Shown: piece by piece, positions 1 to 8,504 of the stretch
Layout of the letters: every line of letters begins with the position of its first letter
How positions within the stretch are numbered: position 1 is the first letter of the stretch
Made by a program: the position numbers and the translations under genes
Notes under the pieces: generated by a model
Database searches by the model: none
What the model was told of the DNA's origin: nothing
The model's input: only the letters and a program-made list of their open reading frames with translations
Source of the DNA: Dehalococcoidia bacterium
Lineage (GTDB): Bacteria; Chloroflexota; Dehalococcoidia; DSTF01; JACRBR01
DNA length: 64,000 bases
Direction of reading: 5' to 3'
NCBI GenBank assembly: GCA_040902535.1
Contig: JBBDXD010000001.1
Span: 145,161-209,160, forward strand

Positions 1-350
1 TTGCCTTCGATGAGCGTGCCCGGCGTCACCACGCGCACGACCTTGCGCTCGACGAGGCCCTTCGACGTCGCCGGATCGCCAATCTGCTCGCACAGCGCCA
101 CCTTGTAGCCCTTCGCGATGAGCTTCGCGAGATAGCCGTCGACGGCGTGGTACGGGATGCCGGCGAGCGGCACCCGCAGCCCCTTCCCCATCGGCTTCGA
201 TGTCAGCGTCAGGTCGAGTTCGCGCGAACACAGTTCGGCGTCGTCGTCGAAGGTCTCGTAGAAGTCCCCGAGGCGGAAGAAGACGATCGCGTGCGGGTAG
301 CGTCGCTTCACGTCCAGGTACTGCCGCCGGATCGGCGTCACCTCGTCCAT
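1..350 (-). CDS. mutS: DNA mismatch repair protein MutS, N-terminal fragment (gene continues past the window start)
   Basis: Reverse-strand translation from ATG (plus-strand CAT at 348-350) gives [93 protein letters not shown]..., a typical MutS mismatch-binding domain. It is absent from the ORF track because there is no in-window stop. Confidence 0.8.
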   Translation of the reverse strand, partial: MDEVTPIRRQYLDVKRRYPHAIVFFRLGDFYETFDDDAELCSRELDLTLTSKPMGKGLRVPLAGIPYHAVDGYLAKLIAKGYKVALCEQIGDPATSKGLVERKVVRVVTPGTLIEG

Positions 351-499
351 AGACCGCGATCCTAGATCAGCCGGCCCGCGAAAAGTAGCGGGCGCCGCTC
401 ACTCCGGTTCCCAGCCATCGCATTACGTCAACCGGATGAGCCTGTGCGATAATCGCTGGACGACGAACTCCGCGAACGCCGGCGGTTGAGAGCTGAACA

Positions 500-766
500 G
501 TGTCGCGACGCATGATCGACCAATCCGCAGAGATGACGGAATACACCGCCCGCCGCCTGATCGACGCGCTCGACCGCACCGGCGCATCGCGCCCCCTGCG
601 GCACATCCGCGCCAACCAGTTGCTGTCGGCGTTCCTTGGGGCGATCGGCCTCGCGTTGTTCATCGTGGGGTCGAGCGGGCGGCCCAGGACATCCCGCTCA
701 TCTCGAACGCCTACGGGTCGATCTTCGTCGGCGTGCTGCTGCTCGCGACGACCGGCGCGCTCCTGA
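500..766 (+). CDS. hypothetical small protein; may be a frameshifted small membrane protein
   Basis: The ORF reads MSRRMIDQSAEMTEYTARRLIDALDRTGASRPLRHIRANQLLSAFLGAIGLALFIVG, then low-complexity sequence. A protein-like hydrophobic continuation (AQDIPLISNAYGSIFVGVLLLATTGALLTRLGG..., stop about 846) lies in a different frame after a G-run near 670-680. Confidence 0.2.
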   Translation: MSRRMIDQSAEMTEYTARRLIDALDRTGASRPLRHIRANQLLSAFLGAIGLALFIVGSSGRPRTSRSSRTPTGRSSSACCCSRRPARS

Positions 767-881
767 CGCGACTCGGCGGCCGTAACGACGGCGCGAACCA
801 TCGCCGCGACCCGGGCGACGCCGCCAACGACGACGGCGAAGGCTGAGTATCGAGTCCTGAACCGCCGGATGCAGACCCCGT

Positions 882-887
882 TATAAT
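882..887 (+). promoter_or_regulatory. candidate -10 hexamer (perfect TATAAT) about 170 nt upstream of ppdK
   Basis: TATAAT at 882-887 in an otherwise roughly 69% GC region, with a weak -35-like TGAACC 17-18 nt upstream; oriented toward ppdK. Confidence 0.3.
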
Positions 888-1054
888 TCCAGTCTGACCA
901 GGCGAACGAGTCCTCGAGGAGCGGCCCGCTCTTGGCTCGGTCCCGAACGTCCCCTGGTTACACGCATCGCGTACGCCCATCGCGCCCGATCACCACATCG
1001 CAGCACGTCGATCGAGTCACGATCCTCGGACGAGGAACGCCGGATGAGGAAATC

Positions 1055-4006
1055 ATGAGCAAGAAGTACGTCTACCTGTTCCACGAAGGCGACAAGGACC
1101 AGAAGGATCTGCTCGGCGGCAAGGGCGCAAACCTCGCCGAGATGACGAATCTCGGACTGCCGGTGCCGCCCGGCTTCACCATCACCACCGAAGCCTGCAA
1201 CGAGTACACCAGGCTCGGCATGCAGTTCCCCGAAGGCCTGATGGACCAGGTCCGCGAGCGCCTCGCTCGGGTCGAAGCGGCGTCCGGCAAGAAGCTCGGC
1301 GATCCGCAGACGCCGCTGCTCGTGTCGGTGCGCTCCGGCGCCAAGTTCTCGATGCCCGGCATGATGGACACCGTCCTCAACCTCGGCCTCAACGAGACGA
1401 CGCTGCTCGGGCTCGTCGACCAGACCGGCGACGAGCGCTTCGCCTTCGACGCCTATCGCCGCTTCATCATGATGTTCTCCGACATCGTGCTCGACCTCGA
1501 ACGCCGCAGCTTTGACCGCATCTTCGACGAAGCCAAGAAATCCGCCGGTGTTGAAGAAGACTCGCACCTCCAGCCCGAAGCGCTGAAGGACGTCGTCCAG
1601 CGCTTCAAGGCGCACGTGAAGCGCGAGACCGGCAACGACTTCCCGGACGAGCCGATGGCCCAGCTCGAGCTGGCGATCCGCGCCGTCTTCAACTCCTGGA
1701 ATAACGAGCGTGCCTTTCGCTACCGCGAGATCGAGAAGATCCCGCACGACCTCGGCACGGCCGTCAACGTCCAGACGATGGTCTTCGGCAACATGGGCGA
1801 CGACTCCGGCACCGGCGTCGCCTTCACACGCGACCCCGGCTCAGGTGAACGCCTGATCTGGGGCGAGTACCTGCTGAACGCGCAGGGCGAAGACGTCGTC
1901 GCGGGCATCCGCACGCCCACGCCGATCGCGCAGCTCGCGCGGGACAATCCGTCCCTGTACAAGCAGTTCGCCGACATCTGCGAGACGCTCGAGAAGCATT
2001 TTCGTGACACGATGGACGTCGAGTTCACGTTCGAGAAGGGACGCCTCTATTTCCTGCAGTGCCGCGTCGGCAAGCGCACGACGCGCGCCGCCGTGAAGAT
2101 CGCCCACGACATGGTGCAAGAAGGGCTGATCGACAAGCGCGAGGCGCTGCAGCGCGTGCAGCCGCAGCGGCTCGACGATCTGCTCCACCCGCACGTCGAC
2201 CCGCGTGTCCAGACCGTGCCGCTCGGCGTGGTGGCGAACGACGTCGCCGCGATCATCGCCGACAAGCCTGCCGTGATCTATTTCGACAACGGCCTGCAGA
2301 CGATGGATCTCGCCGCGTGGGACGCCATGTCGCCGGCGGATCGCGACGGACTGATCGCTCGCGCGAAGTTCATCGATGTCGCGCACGGGCTGCCGGCATC
2401 GCCGGGCGCCGCCGTCGGCCAGGCGACGTTTGATCCTGACACCGCGGCCGAAATCGGCATCGGCGGCCGCGGCGAGCCCGTGATCCTCGTGCGGGAAGAG
2501 ACCTCGCCCGACGACATTCACGGCATGCAGGCCGCACAGGGCATTCTCACCGAGCGCGGCGGCATGAGCAGCCACGCCGCGCTCGTCGCGCGCGGCTTCG
2601 GCAAGCCCTGCGTCTCAGGCTGCGAAGCGATCTCCGTGAATGAGGAGTCGCGCAGCTTCTCGCTCAACGGCGTCACGCTCAACCAGGGCCAGGTGCTGAC
2701 GATCGACGGCTCGGCGGGCGTCGTCCTGCTCGGCATGATCCCGGCAGCCGAAGCCGAGCTGTTCGACGAGCTGGACGAGTTCCTGCGCTGGGCCGACGGG
2801 GCACGGCGCCTCAAGGTACGGGCGAACGCCGACAACCCGCCCGATGCCGCGAAGGCCATCGAACTGGGCGCCGAGGGCATTGGGCTCTGCCGCACCGAGC
2901 ACATGTTCCTCGACAAGGAGCGCCTGTCCGTCGCGCGCGCCATGATCCTGGGCGCGCACCAGGCGAAAATCCTGCAACTCGATGCCGAGTCCATCGAAAA
3001 GGAACTGGAGAACGCCACCGGCGAGAAGAAGCGGCGTCTCGATGAGCGCCTGCATGAGATCCAGGGGCGCATGGAGGGCCCGATGGGCCAGTACCTCGGC
3101 GCGCTTGAGAAGATCTTGCCCATGCAGCAGGGCGACTTCGAGGCGATCTTCCGCGTCATGGCCGGCAAGCCCGTCACCATCCGCCTCATCGATCCGCCGA
3201 TGCACGAGTTCCTGCCCGACCACGACGCGCTGCTCGAAGACGTCACGCGCCTGCGCATCGAGGCGAAGTTCGCAGAACAGATCCAGGAGCTGGGCGAAAA
3301 AGAGGCGCTGCTCGCCAGCGTCAACGCCGTACGCGAGCAGAACCCCATGCTCGGGCTGCGCGGCGTGCGGCTCGGCATCCTCTACCCGGAAATCAACGAG
3401 ATGCAGGTGAAGGCGATCTTCCGCGCCGCGATCAAGCTCTCGCAGGAAGGCGTCGAGGTGTTCCCCGAGATCATGATCCCGCTCGTCGGCTTCGACACGG
3501 AGTTGCGTTACCTGCGCGAACTGCTCGAGACGACGGCGCGCAAGGAGATGGACGCCGCCGGCAAGCAGATCGACTACCAGTTCGGCACGATGATCGAGTT
3601 GCCGCGCGCCGCCGTCACCGCGGGACAGATCGCGGAGACGGCCGAGTTCTTCTCGTTCGGCACCAACGACCTCACGCAGACCGCGCTCGGCTGCTCGCGC
3701 GACGACGCCGAGGGCAAGTTCCTCGCGCGCTACCTCGACATGGGCATCCTCAAGGACAACCCGTTCGAGACGATCGACCAGGTAGGCGTCGGCGCGATCA
3801 TGCGGCAGGCGATCGCCGCCGGACGGCAGACGCGCCCCAACATCAAGCTCGGCATCTGCGGCGAGCACGGCGGCGAGCCCCGTTCGGTCGAATTCTTCCA
3901 CCAGATCGGCCTCGACTACGTGTCATGCTCACCCTTCCGCGTGCCGATCGCCCGCCTCGCCGCCGCGCAGGCAGCATTGGGTGAGGGCGCGGAGCGGGAT
4001 CGGTGA
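1055..4006 (+). CDS. ppdK: pyruvate, phosphate dikinase
   Basis: 983-aa product starting MSKKYVYLFHEGDKDQKDLLGGKGANLAEMTNLGLPVPPGFTITTEAC. It has a PEP-utilising/ATP-grasp N-terminus, the phosphohistidine segment GGMSSHAALVARGFGKPCV and a C-terminal TIM-barrel PEP-binding domain (NDLTQ...CGEHGGEP). The ORF-track start at 932 is upstream in the same frame; ATG 1055 is the likely start. Confidence 0.95.
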   Translation: MSKKYVYLFHEGDKDQKDLLGGKGANLAEMTNLGLPVPPGFTITTEACNEYTRLGMQFPEGLMDQVRERLARVEAASGKKLGDPQTPLLVSVRSGAKFSMPGMMDTVLNLGLNETTLLGLVDQTGDERFAFDAYRRFIMMFSDIVLDLERRSFDRIFDEAKKSAGVEEDSHLQPEALKDVVQRFKAHVKRETGNDFPDEPMAQLELAIRAVFNSWNNERAFRYREIEKIPHDLGTAVNVQTMVFGNMGDDSGTGVAFTRDPGSGERLIWGEYLLNAQGEDVVAGIRTPTPIAQLARDNPSLYKQFADICETLEKHFRDTMDVEFTFEKGRLYFLQCRVGKRTTRAAVKIAHDMVQEGLIDKREALQRVQPQRLDDLLHPHVDPRVQTVPLGVVANDVAAIIADKPAVIYFDNGLQTMDLAAWDAMSPADRDGLIARAKFIDVAHGLPASPGAAVGQATFDPDTAAEIGIGGRGEPVILVREETSPDDIHGMQAAQGILTERGGMSSHAALVARGFGKPCVSGCEAISVNEESRSFSLNGVTLNQGQVLTIDGSAGVVLLGMIPAAEAELFDELDEFLRWADGARRLKVRANADNPPDAAKAIELGAEGIGLCRTEHMFLDKERLSVARAMILGAHQAKILQLDAESIEKELENATGEKKRRLDERLHEIQGRMEGPMGQYLGALEKILPMQQGDFEAIFRVMAGKPVTIRLIDPPMHEFLPDHDALLEDVTRLRIEAKFAEQIQELGEKEALLASVNAVREQNPMLGLRGVRLGILYPEINEMQVKAIFRAAIKLSQEGVEVFPEIMIPLVGFDTELRYLRELLETTARKEMDAAGKQIDYQFGTMIELPRAAVTAGQIAETAEFFSFGTNDLTQTALGCSRDDAEGKFLARYLDMGILKDNPFETIDQVGVGAIMRQAIAAGRQTRPNIKLGICGEHGGEPRSVEFFHQIGLDYVSCSPFRVPIARLAAAQAALGEGAERDR

Positions 4007-4062
4007 GCGATCCGAGCGGAAACCGAGGGATCGACGCAACGAAGGGCGAAGTAGGAATTGAA

Positions 4063-4090
4063 AGTAGGGACGAACCTTCAGGTCCGTCCC
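4063..4090 (+). repeat. REP-like palindromic element, copy 1 (GTAG + imperfect hairpin)
   Basis: AGTAGGGACGAACCTTCAGGTCCGTCCC has a 5' GTAG tetranucleotide followed by the imperfect palindrome GGGACGAACCT/AGGTCCGTCCC. The exact reverse complement recurs at 4589-4616. Confidence 0.65.
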
Positions 4091-4122
4091 CCTCACTGGA
4101 TGTTTCCGACGATGGCCGCGGG

Positions 4123-4629
4123 GTGAGTCGCCGTCGCCCCCGCCTACCGGAATTCGATTATCTCGGGCATCAGGCCTATCACGTCACGGTCGTGACGCAT
4201 CGACGCATGCCAATCCTCAGCGAGAACCTCGCCGAATCCGTATGCACCCGCATCGTCCAGAGCGCCGCAGCGACCAATTTCGATCCATTGGCGTATTGCG
4301 TAATGCCCGATCACTGCCACCTGCTCCTGCAGGGGTGCGCCGACGACTCGAGCCTGCTGAAGTTCATGAAGCTGTTCAAGCAGACAACGAGCTTCATCGC
4401 TCAACGCGACTTTGGTCATCACCTCTGGCAGCAGAGCTTTCACGATCGCGTCCTTCGCAAGGACGACGACGCTCTTCATGTCGCCCGCTATATCATCGAG
4501 AATCCCGTAGCCGCAGGTCTAACGTCCGACTCCAGCACGTGGCCACATACCGGAGGAACGATTGTGGCTCAGTCTCAACGCATCGAGTGGGACGGACCTG
4601 AAGGTTCGTCCCTACTTTTCGAGCCGTGA
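4123..4629 (+). CDS. REP-associated tyrosine transposase (IS200/IS605-like Y1 HUH transposase)
   Basis: RRRPRLPEFDYLGHQAYHVTVVTHRRMPILSE matches the N-terminus of IS200-family TnpA/RAYT. It has the HUH-type motif CVMPDHCHLLLQG and the tyrosine motif ARYIIENPVAAGL. The ORF track starts at 4003, but that frame reads through REP copy 1; GTG at 4123 is the more plausible start. The C-terminus overlaps REP copy 2. Confidence 0.75.
   Translation: MSRRRPRLPEFDYLGHQAYHVTVVTHRRMPILSENLAESVCTRIVQSAAATNFDPLAYCVMPDHCHLLLQGCADDSSLLKFMKLFKQTTSFIAQRDFGHHLWQQSFHDRVLRKDDDALHVARYIIENPVAAGLTSDSSTWPHTGGTIVAQSQRIEWDGPEGSSLLFEP
4589..4616 (-). repeat. REP-like palindromic element, copy 2 (inverted orientation)
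   Basis: GGGACGGACCTGAAGGTTCGTCCCTACT is the exact reverse complement of the 28-mer at 4063-4090. Confidence 0.65.
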
Positions 4630-5417
4630 TGCGGCCTCGGGCTCAGATCACCACCGCCGCCACCACCCTCACCAACGCCACCCACATGATCGCGCTCACG
4701 GGCGCTGGCATGAGCGTCGAGAGCGGCATCCCGCCGTTCCGCGGCGCAGGCGGGCTCTGGACGAAGCACGGCGAGCCACCGATGGACGGCTATCAGCGCT
4801 TCATGGCCGACCCGGCGGCCCACTGGCGGAACATGCTCGCACGCCGCGATAGCGACGACGAGTTCACGCGCGCCCTCAACGCTGCGAAGCCCAACGCCGG
4901 GCACCTGGCGATGGCCGAACTCGAACGCATGGGCGTCCTCAAGCACACGATCTGCCAGAACATCGATAACCTGCACTTCGAAGCCGGCAGCATGTCCGTC
5001 ACCGAGATCCACGGCAACCGCACGAAGCTGCGTTGCGTAGAGTGCACCGCGCGGTGGCCGTGGGCCGAGTTCACGATGACGGACATCCCGCCCGCGTGCC
5101 CGCACTGTGGCGGAATGGTGAAGTCCGACACGGTCATGTTCGGCGAACCGATCCCGCGCCAATTTCTCGCTGAGTGCCAGGCGCAGGCCGAGCGCGCTGA
5201 CTGCATCATGATCGTTGGCACGTCCGCGAGCGTCACGCCCGCCGCGTGGTTCCCGGAGATCGTCCTCGAACGCGGCGGCACGCTGATCGAGATCAACACG
5301 GAGCCGACGCCGTTCTCGTCCCATTGCGCGGCGTCGATACGGGCGCCCTCGGGCGAAGCCTTGCCGCTGATCGTCGACGAGATTCACCGGATGCAACGGC
5401 TGGAACCTGGAGACTAG
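4629..5417 (+). CDS. cobB: NAD-dependent protein deacylase (Sir2/CobB family sirtuin)
   Basis: IALTGAGMSVESGIPPFRGAGGLW is the sirtuin NAD-binding motif, followed by a CxxC...CxxC zinc ribbon (CVECTARW...CPHCGG) and GTSASVTPAAWFP. The start is uncertain (GTG 4626, ATG 4629, or the internal Met before IALTG). Confidence 0.85.
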   Translation: MRPRAQITTAATTLTNATHMIALTGAGMSVESGIPPFRGAGGLWTKHGEPPMDGYQRFMADPAAHWRNMLARRDSDDEFTRALNAAKPNAGHLAMAELERMGVLKHTICQNIDNLHFEAGSMSVTEIHGNRTKLRCVECTARWPWAEFTMTDIPPACPHCGGMVKSDTVMFGEPIPRQFLAECQAQAERADCIMIVGTSASVTPAAWFPEIVLERGGTLIEINTEPTPFSSHCAASIRAPSGEALPLIVDEIHRMQRLEPGD

Positions 5418-5473
5418 AAGTTGGAGCGCCGCGCCGTCTGTCGGCAGGCGCGGCGGCCGTGTAATCTCTGCCC

Positions 5474-6871
5474 ATGATCGCAGACCAATTGGCCCTCGCG
5501 TCGATCGAGACCGTCGCAGAGAAGATCGCCGCGAAGGAAATCAGCCCGGTCGAGCTGACGCAGGCGATGCTCGAACGCATCGAGCGGCTGAACCCTCAGC
5601 TCAACGCGTACATGACGGTCACCGCCGACATCGCGCTCGAACAAGCACGCGCCGCGGAACGCGAGATCGTCGCCGGCAATCATCGCGGCCTGCTGCACGG
5701 CGTGCCCATCGCGCACAAGGACCTCTACGCGACGAAAGGCGTGCGCACCACCGCCGGCTCGAAGATCCTGACCGACTGGATCCCCGACCATGAGGCCACT
5801 GTCGTGACAAAGCTGCGCGACGCCGGCGCGGTGATGCTCGGCAAGCTTGGCATGCACGAGTGGGCGTTCGGCACGACGTCCGCCAACGTGCACTTTGGCT
5901 ACGTGTGCAATCCCTGGAGGGTTGACTGCGTGCCGGGAGGCTCGTCCGGCGGCTCAGGAGCGGCGGTCGCCGCCGGTCTTGCGTTCGCGGCGCTCGGCAG
6001 CGACACCGGCGGCAGCATCCGCATTCCGGCGTCCTTCTGCGGCGTCGTCGGCCTCATGCCGACGTACGGACGCGCGAGCCTGCATGGCGCCGTCCCTCTC
6101 TCACGGTCGCTCGACCATCCCGGCCCGCTTACGCGCACGGTCCGCGATGCGGCCATCGTCACGCAGGCGATCAGCGGCCACGACCCGCTTGACCCTGCCA
6201 CCGAGTTGCGCCCGGTCGACGACATGCTCGCGGACGCCGAGCAAGGACCAGAGGGCTTGCGCATCGGCGTGCCGAAGCAACTGTTCTGGGACAATCTGGA
6301 GCCCGAAGTCGAGCGCCTCGTGCGCAAAGCCATCGCCGACCTGGCCGCTGCCGGCGCTGACGTCCAGGAGGTCGATTGGCCCGAGGCATCCGTGTACTCA
6401 TCCGCGGTCGGGCCGATCATCCTCGCGGAGGCGGCGGCCTACCACGCGCAGTACCTGCCAGCGCGACGCGCCGAGTACAGCGATGTTGTCGGCGGCATGC
6501 TCGAAGCCGGCGCCCAGATTAAGGCGACGCAATACATCGACGCGATGCGCATCATGGAACGCGCACGCAGCGGCGAAGCCGACCGCGCGCTCGATGACGT
6601 CGACGTGCTGATGACGCCGCAGGTGCAGCAGGTCGCACCGAAAATGGCGGACGTCCTCACAGACCGCGACGTGGTCCGGCGCACCGCGCTCACGAGCCTC
6701 ATCGACCTCACCGGCCAGCCGGCCATGTCGGTGCCATGCGGCGTTTCCAGCCAGGCCATGCCCGTCGGACTGCAGATCATCGGCCGCCGCTGGGATGAAG
6801 CCGCGGTCGTACGCGCCGGCCGCGCGTACGAGATGGTGCGCGGCCCCTTCCCCGCCCCGCCGATCTCCTGA
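5474..6871 (+). CDS. amidase-signature family amidase (GatA-like)
   Basis: Carries the amidase signature GGSSGGSGAAVAAGLAFAALGSDTGGSIRIPASFCGVVGLMPTYGR and the Ser-cisSer-Lys context (HGVPIAHKDLYATKG). Confidence 0.85.
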   Translation: MIADQLALASIETVAEKIAAKEISPVELTQAMLERIERLNPQLNAYMTVTADIALEQARAAEREIVAGNHRGLLHGVPIAHKDLYATKGVRTTAGSKILTDWIPDHEATVVTKLRDAGAVMLGKLGMHEWAFGTTSANVHFGYVCNPWRVDCVPGGSSGGSGAAVAAGLAFAALGSDTGGSIRIPASFCGVVGLMPTYGRASLHGAVPLSRSLDHPGPLTRTVRDAAIVTQAISGHDPLDPATELRPVDDMLADAEQGPEGLRIGVPKQLFWDNLEPEVERLVRKAIADLAAAGADVQEVDWPEASVYSSAVGPIILAEAAAYHAQYLPARRAEYSDVVGGMLEAGAQIKATQYIDAMRIMERARSGEADRALDDVDVLMTPQVQQVAPKMADVLTDRDVVRRTALTSLIDLTGQPAMSVPCGVSSQAMPVGLQIIGRRWDEAAVVRAGRAYEMVRGPFPAPPIS

Positions 6872-6974
6872 TCTTCACCCCCCCGACGCAGGGTTTCGCC
6901 TCATTGTTGGCCGCTCGCTCCGGCTCCATCCTTGTCTCTGCGCGGATTGCGCATAGCTACGGCCGGAGGCACGG

Positions 6975-7886
6975 ATGCCACTTCACCCTCTCGCGCGACG
7001 GATCACCTTCGGCGCGGCCCTGGCTGCCGCGGGCCTCACCATGCTGTTCGCCCGCCCCGACGCGGCGCTCGCGCACCACATCGAGACCGATGAAGACTAC
7101 GCCTGCGATGGCTGGACCGTGCGCGCCGAGTACATCGGCGGCAATGGCGACCGCATGGTCGTCGTCGACGTCACCGTCAACGGCGAACACATCGACGAGA
7201 CGTTCATCTTCGACGACGACCATCTCGGACATCAGGACTACTACCTGCTCTACGAACGCAGCGGCACCGGATCGCTGCAGACCTCCGGCACGATCACGAT
7301 GTACGAGCGGGGACGCCGCGGCTACACGATCGAGGCCGGCACCGACGGCACCGACATCGATCTCGTCTGTGCGGCGCCCACGTCGACAGCGACGAAGACC
7401 GCCACTGCGACTCCCAGCACGACGAACACGCCCGTGCCGACGGCTACGAGCACGCCAGAGCCCGAAGACACGCCGGAGACCGAAGGCAGCGTAACGCCGC
7501 TACCGGCGGAGACGGCGACGCCCGACATCACCGTGAACTCGACGATCACGCCGCTGCCGACGGAGCCGCCGACCGAAGCTACGCAGACGCCCGTGGGTAC
7601 GTCGTCGCGGAATCGCACGACAAGCACGGCGACCGCGACTGCGGCAATCGCCACGCCGACCTTTACCGACGAAGTTCAGGGCGGCACGCCGCCGGCGCAG
7701 CCATCCGCGCCCGACGCCCCCTCCGGCGGCGAAGGCGACACGCCGGAAACGGGCACGAGCTTCCCGGACGCCGGCGAGGGCGGCATGGACGGCGTCTCGT
7801 TCATCGTCGCGATGCTCGGATTCGGTCTCGTGATCGTCGGCATCGCGACGGTCGTCGGCGGCCGCTCACTGCGGCCGAGGAAGTAG
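6975..7886 (+). CDS. secreted hypothetical protein: signal peptide, about 100-aa Cys-containing domain, Thr/Pro-rich linker, C-terminal TM anchor with basic tail
   Basis: Signal-peptide-like N-terminus MPLHPLARRITFGAALAAAGLTMLFARPDAALA and a long TATKTATATPSTTNTPVPTATSTPEPEDTPETE low-complexity region. The C-terminus is GEGGMDGVSFIVAMLGFGLVIVGIATVVGGRSLRPRK. Confidence 0.6.
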   Translation: MPLHPLARRITFGAALAAAGLTMLFARPDAALAHHIETDEDYACDGWTVRAEYIGGNGDRMVVVDVTVNGEHIDETFIFDDDHLGHQDYYLLYERSGTGSLQTSGTITMYERGRRGYTIEAGTDGTDIDLVCAAPTSTATKTATATPSTTNTPVPTATSTPEPEDTPETEGSVTPLPAETATPDITVNSTITPLPTEPPTEATQTPVGTSSRNRTTSTATATAAIATPTFTDEVQGGTPPAQPSAPDAPSGGEGDTPETGTSFPDAGEGGMDGVSFIVAMLGFGLVIVGIATVVGGRSLRPRK

Positions 7887-7952
7887 ATTTTCGCCTCGCG
7901 AATTACTATGCCCCCGTTTGTCCGTCTGCCGCACTTCCGGTAGCGTTCGCGC

Positions 7953-8492
7953 ATGGATCTGCGCTACCGGCGAGCAATCCATCACGACCTCGAAGCGATC
8001 GCCGCGCTGCACGCGGATAGCTGGCGTCGGACCTATCGCGGCATGTACAGCGACGCCTACCTGGACGGCGACCTGGTTGCCGACCGCCGCACGGTCTGGG
8101 AGGAGCGGCTGCTCGACGGCGATCCGCGACGCGTGCTGCTCGTCGCCGAGACCGACGGCGCATTCGCGGGTTTCGTCTGCGCGTACGGCGCCGCAGACGA
8201 GACCTGGGGCTCGCTCATCGACAACCTGCACGTCGCGCGCGCGTATCAGCGCCTCGGTTTAGGCCGCGCCTTAATGCACAGCGCCGCCTCGGAACTGAAT
8301 GAACGGCATGCAGAGAGCCCCGTCCATCTCTGGGCGCTCGAAGGAAACACGAACGCCAGGACGTTCTACGAAGCGCTCGGGGGCCGCAACGAAAGCGTCG
8401 CACCGCACGAGCGGCCAGGCGGCGGCATGATTCAAGTGTGCCGGTATGTCTGGGAACGTCCCGCATCGCTCATAGCGGCATGCCGGCCCTGA
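7953..8492 (+). CDS. GNAT family N-acetyltransferase
   Basis: LHVARAYQRLGLGRALMHSAASEL (acetyl-CoA-binding motif A) followed by RTFYEALGG (motif B). Confidence 0.8.
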   Translation: MDLRYRRAIHHDLEAIAALHADSWRRTYRGMYSDAYLDGDLVADRRTVWEERLLDGDPRRVLLVAETDGAFAGFVCAYGAADETWGSLIDNLHVARAYQRLGLGRALMHSAASELNERHAESPVHLWALEGNTNARTFYEALGGRNESVAPHERPGGGMIQVCRYVWERPASLIAACRP

Positions 8493-8504
8493 ACAGCGTC
8501 GCGA

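Larger units (their letters stand above)
4063..4616 (+). mobile_element. REPtron-like unit: RAYT gene flanked by inverted REP hairpins
   Basis: A perfect 28-bp inverted pair brackets the Y1-transposase-like ORF. This architecture is characteristic of REP-associated tyrosine transposases (RAYTs). Confidence 0.6.

Noticed and set aside
881-3901. Long reverse-strand ORFs (881-1747, 1841-2575, 2518-3378, 2615-3901) inside ppdK
   Set aside because: They are antisense shadow frames of a confidently identified PPDK gene. Their products are Arg/Ala/Gly-rich low-complexity sequences, typical of open antisense frames in DNA of about 69% GC.
4003-4122. The N-terminal 40 codons of the supplied RAYT ORF (MSDPSGNRGIDATKGEVGIESRDEPSGPSPSLDVSDDGRG)
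   Set aside because: This segment is the in-frame translation of REP copy 1 and its GTAG-containing flank. A GTG at 4123 precedes the conserved RRRPRL... transposase N-terminus.
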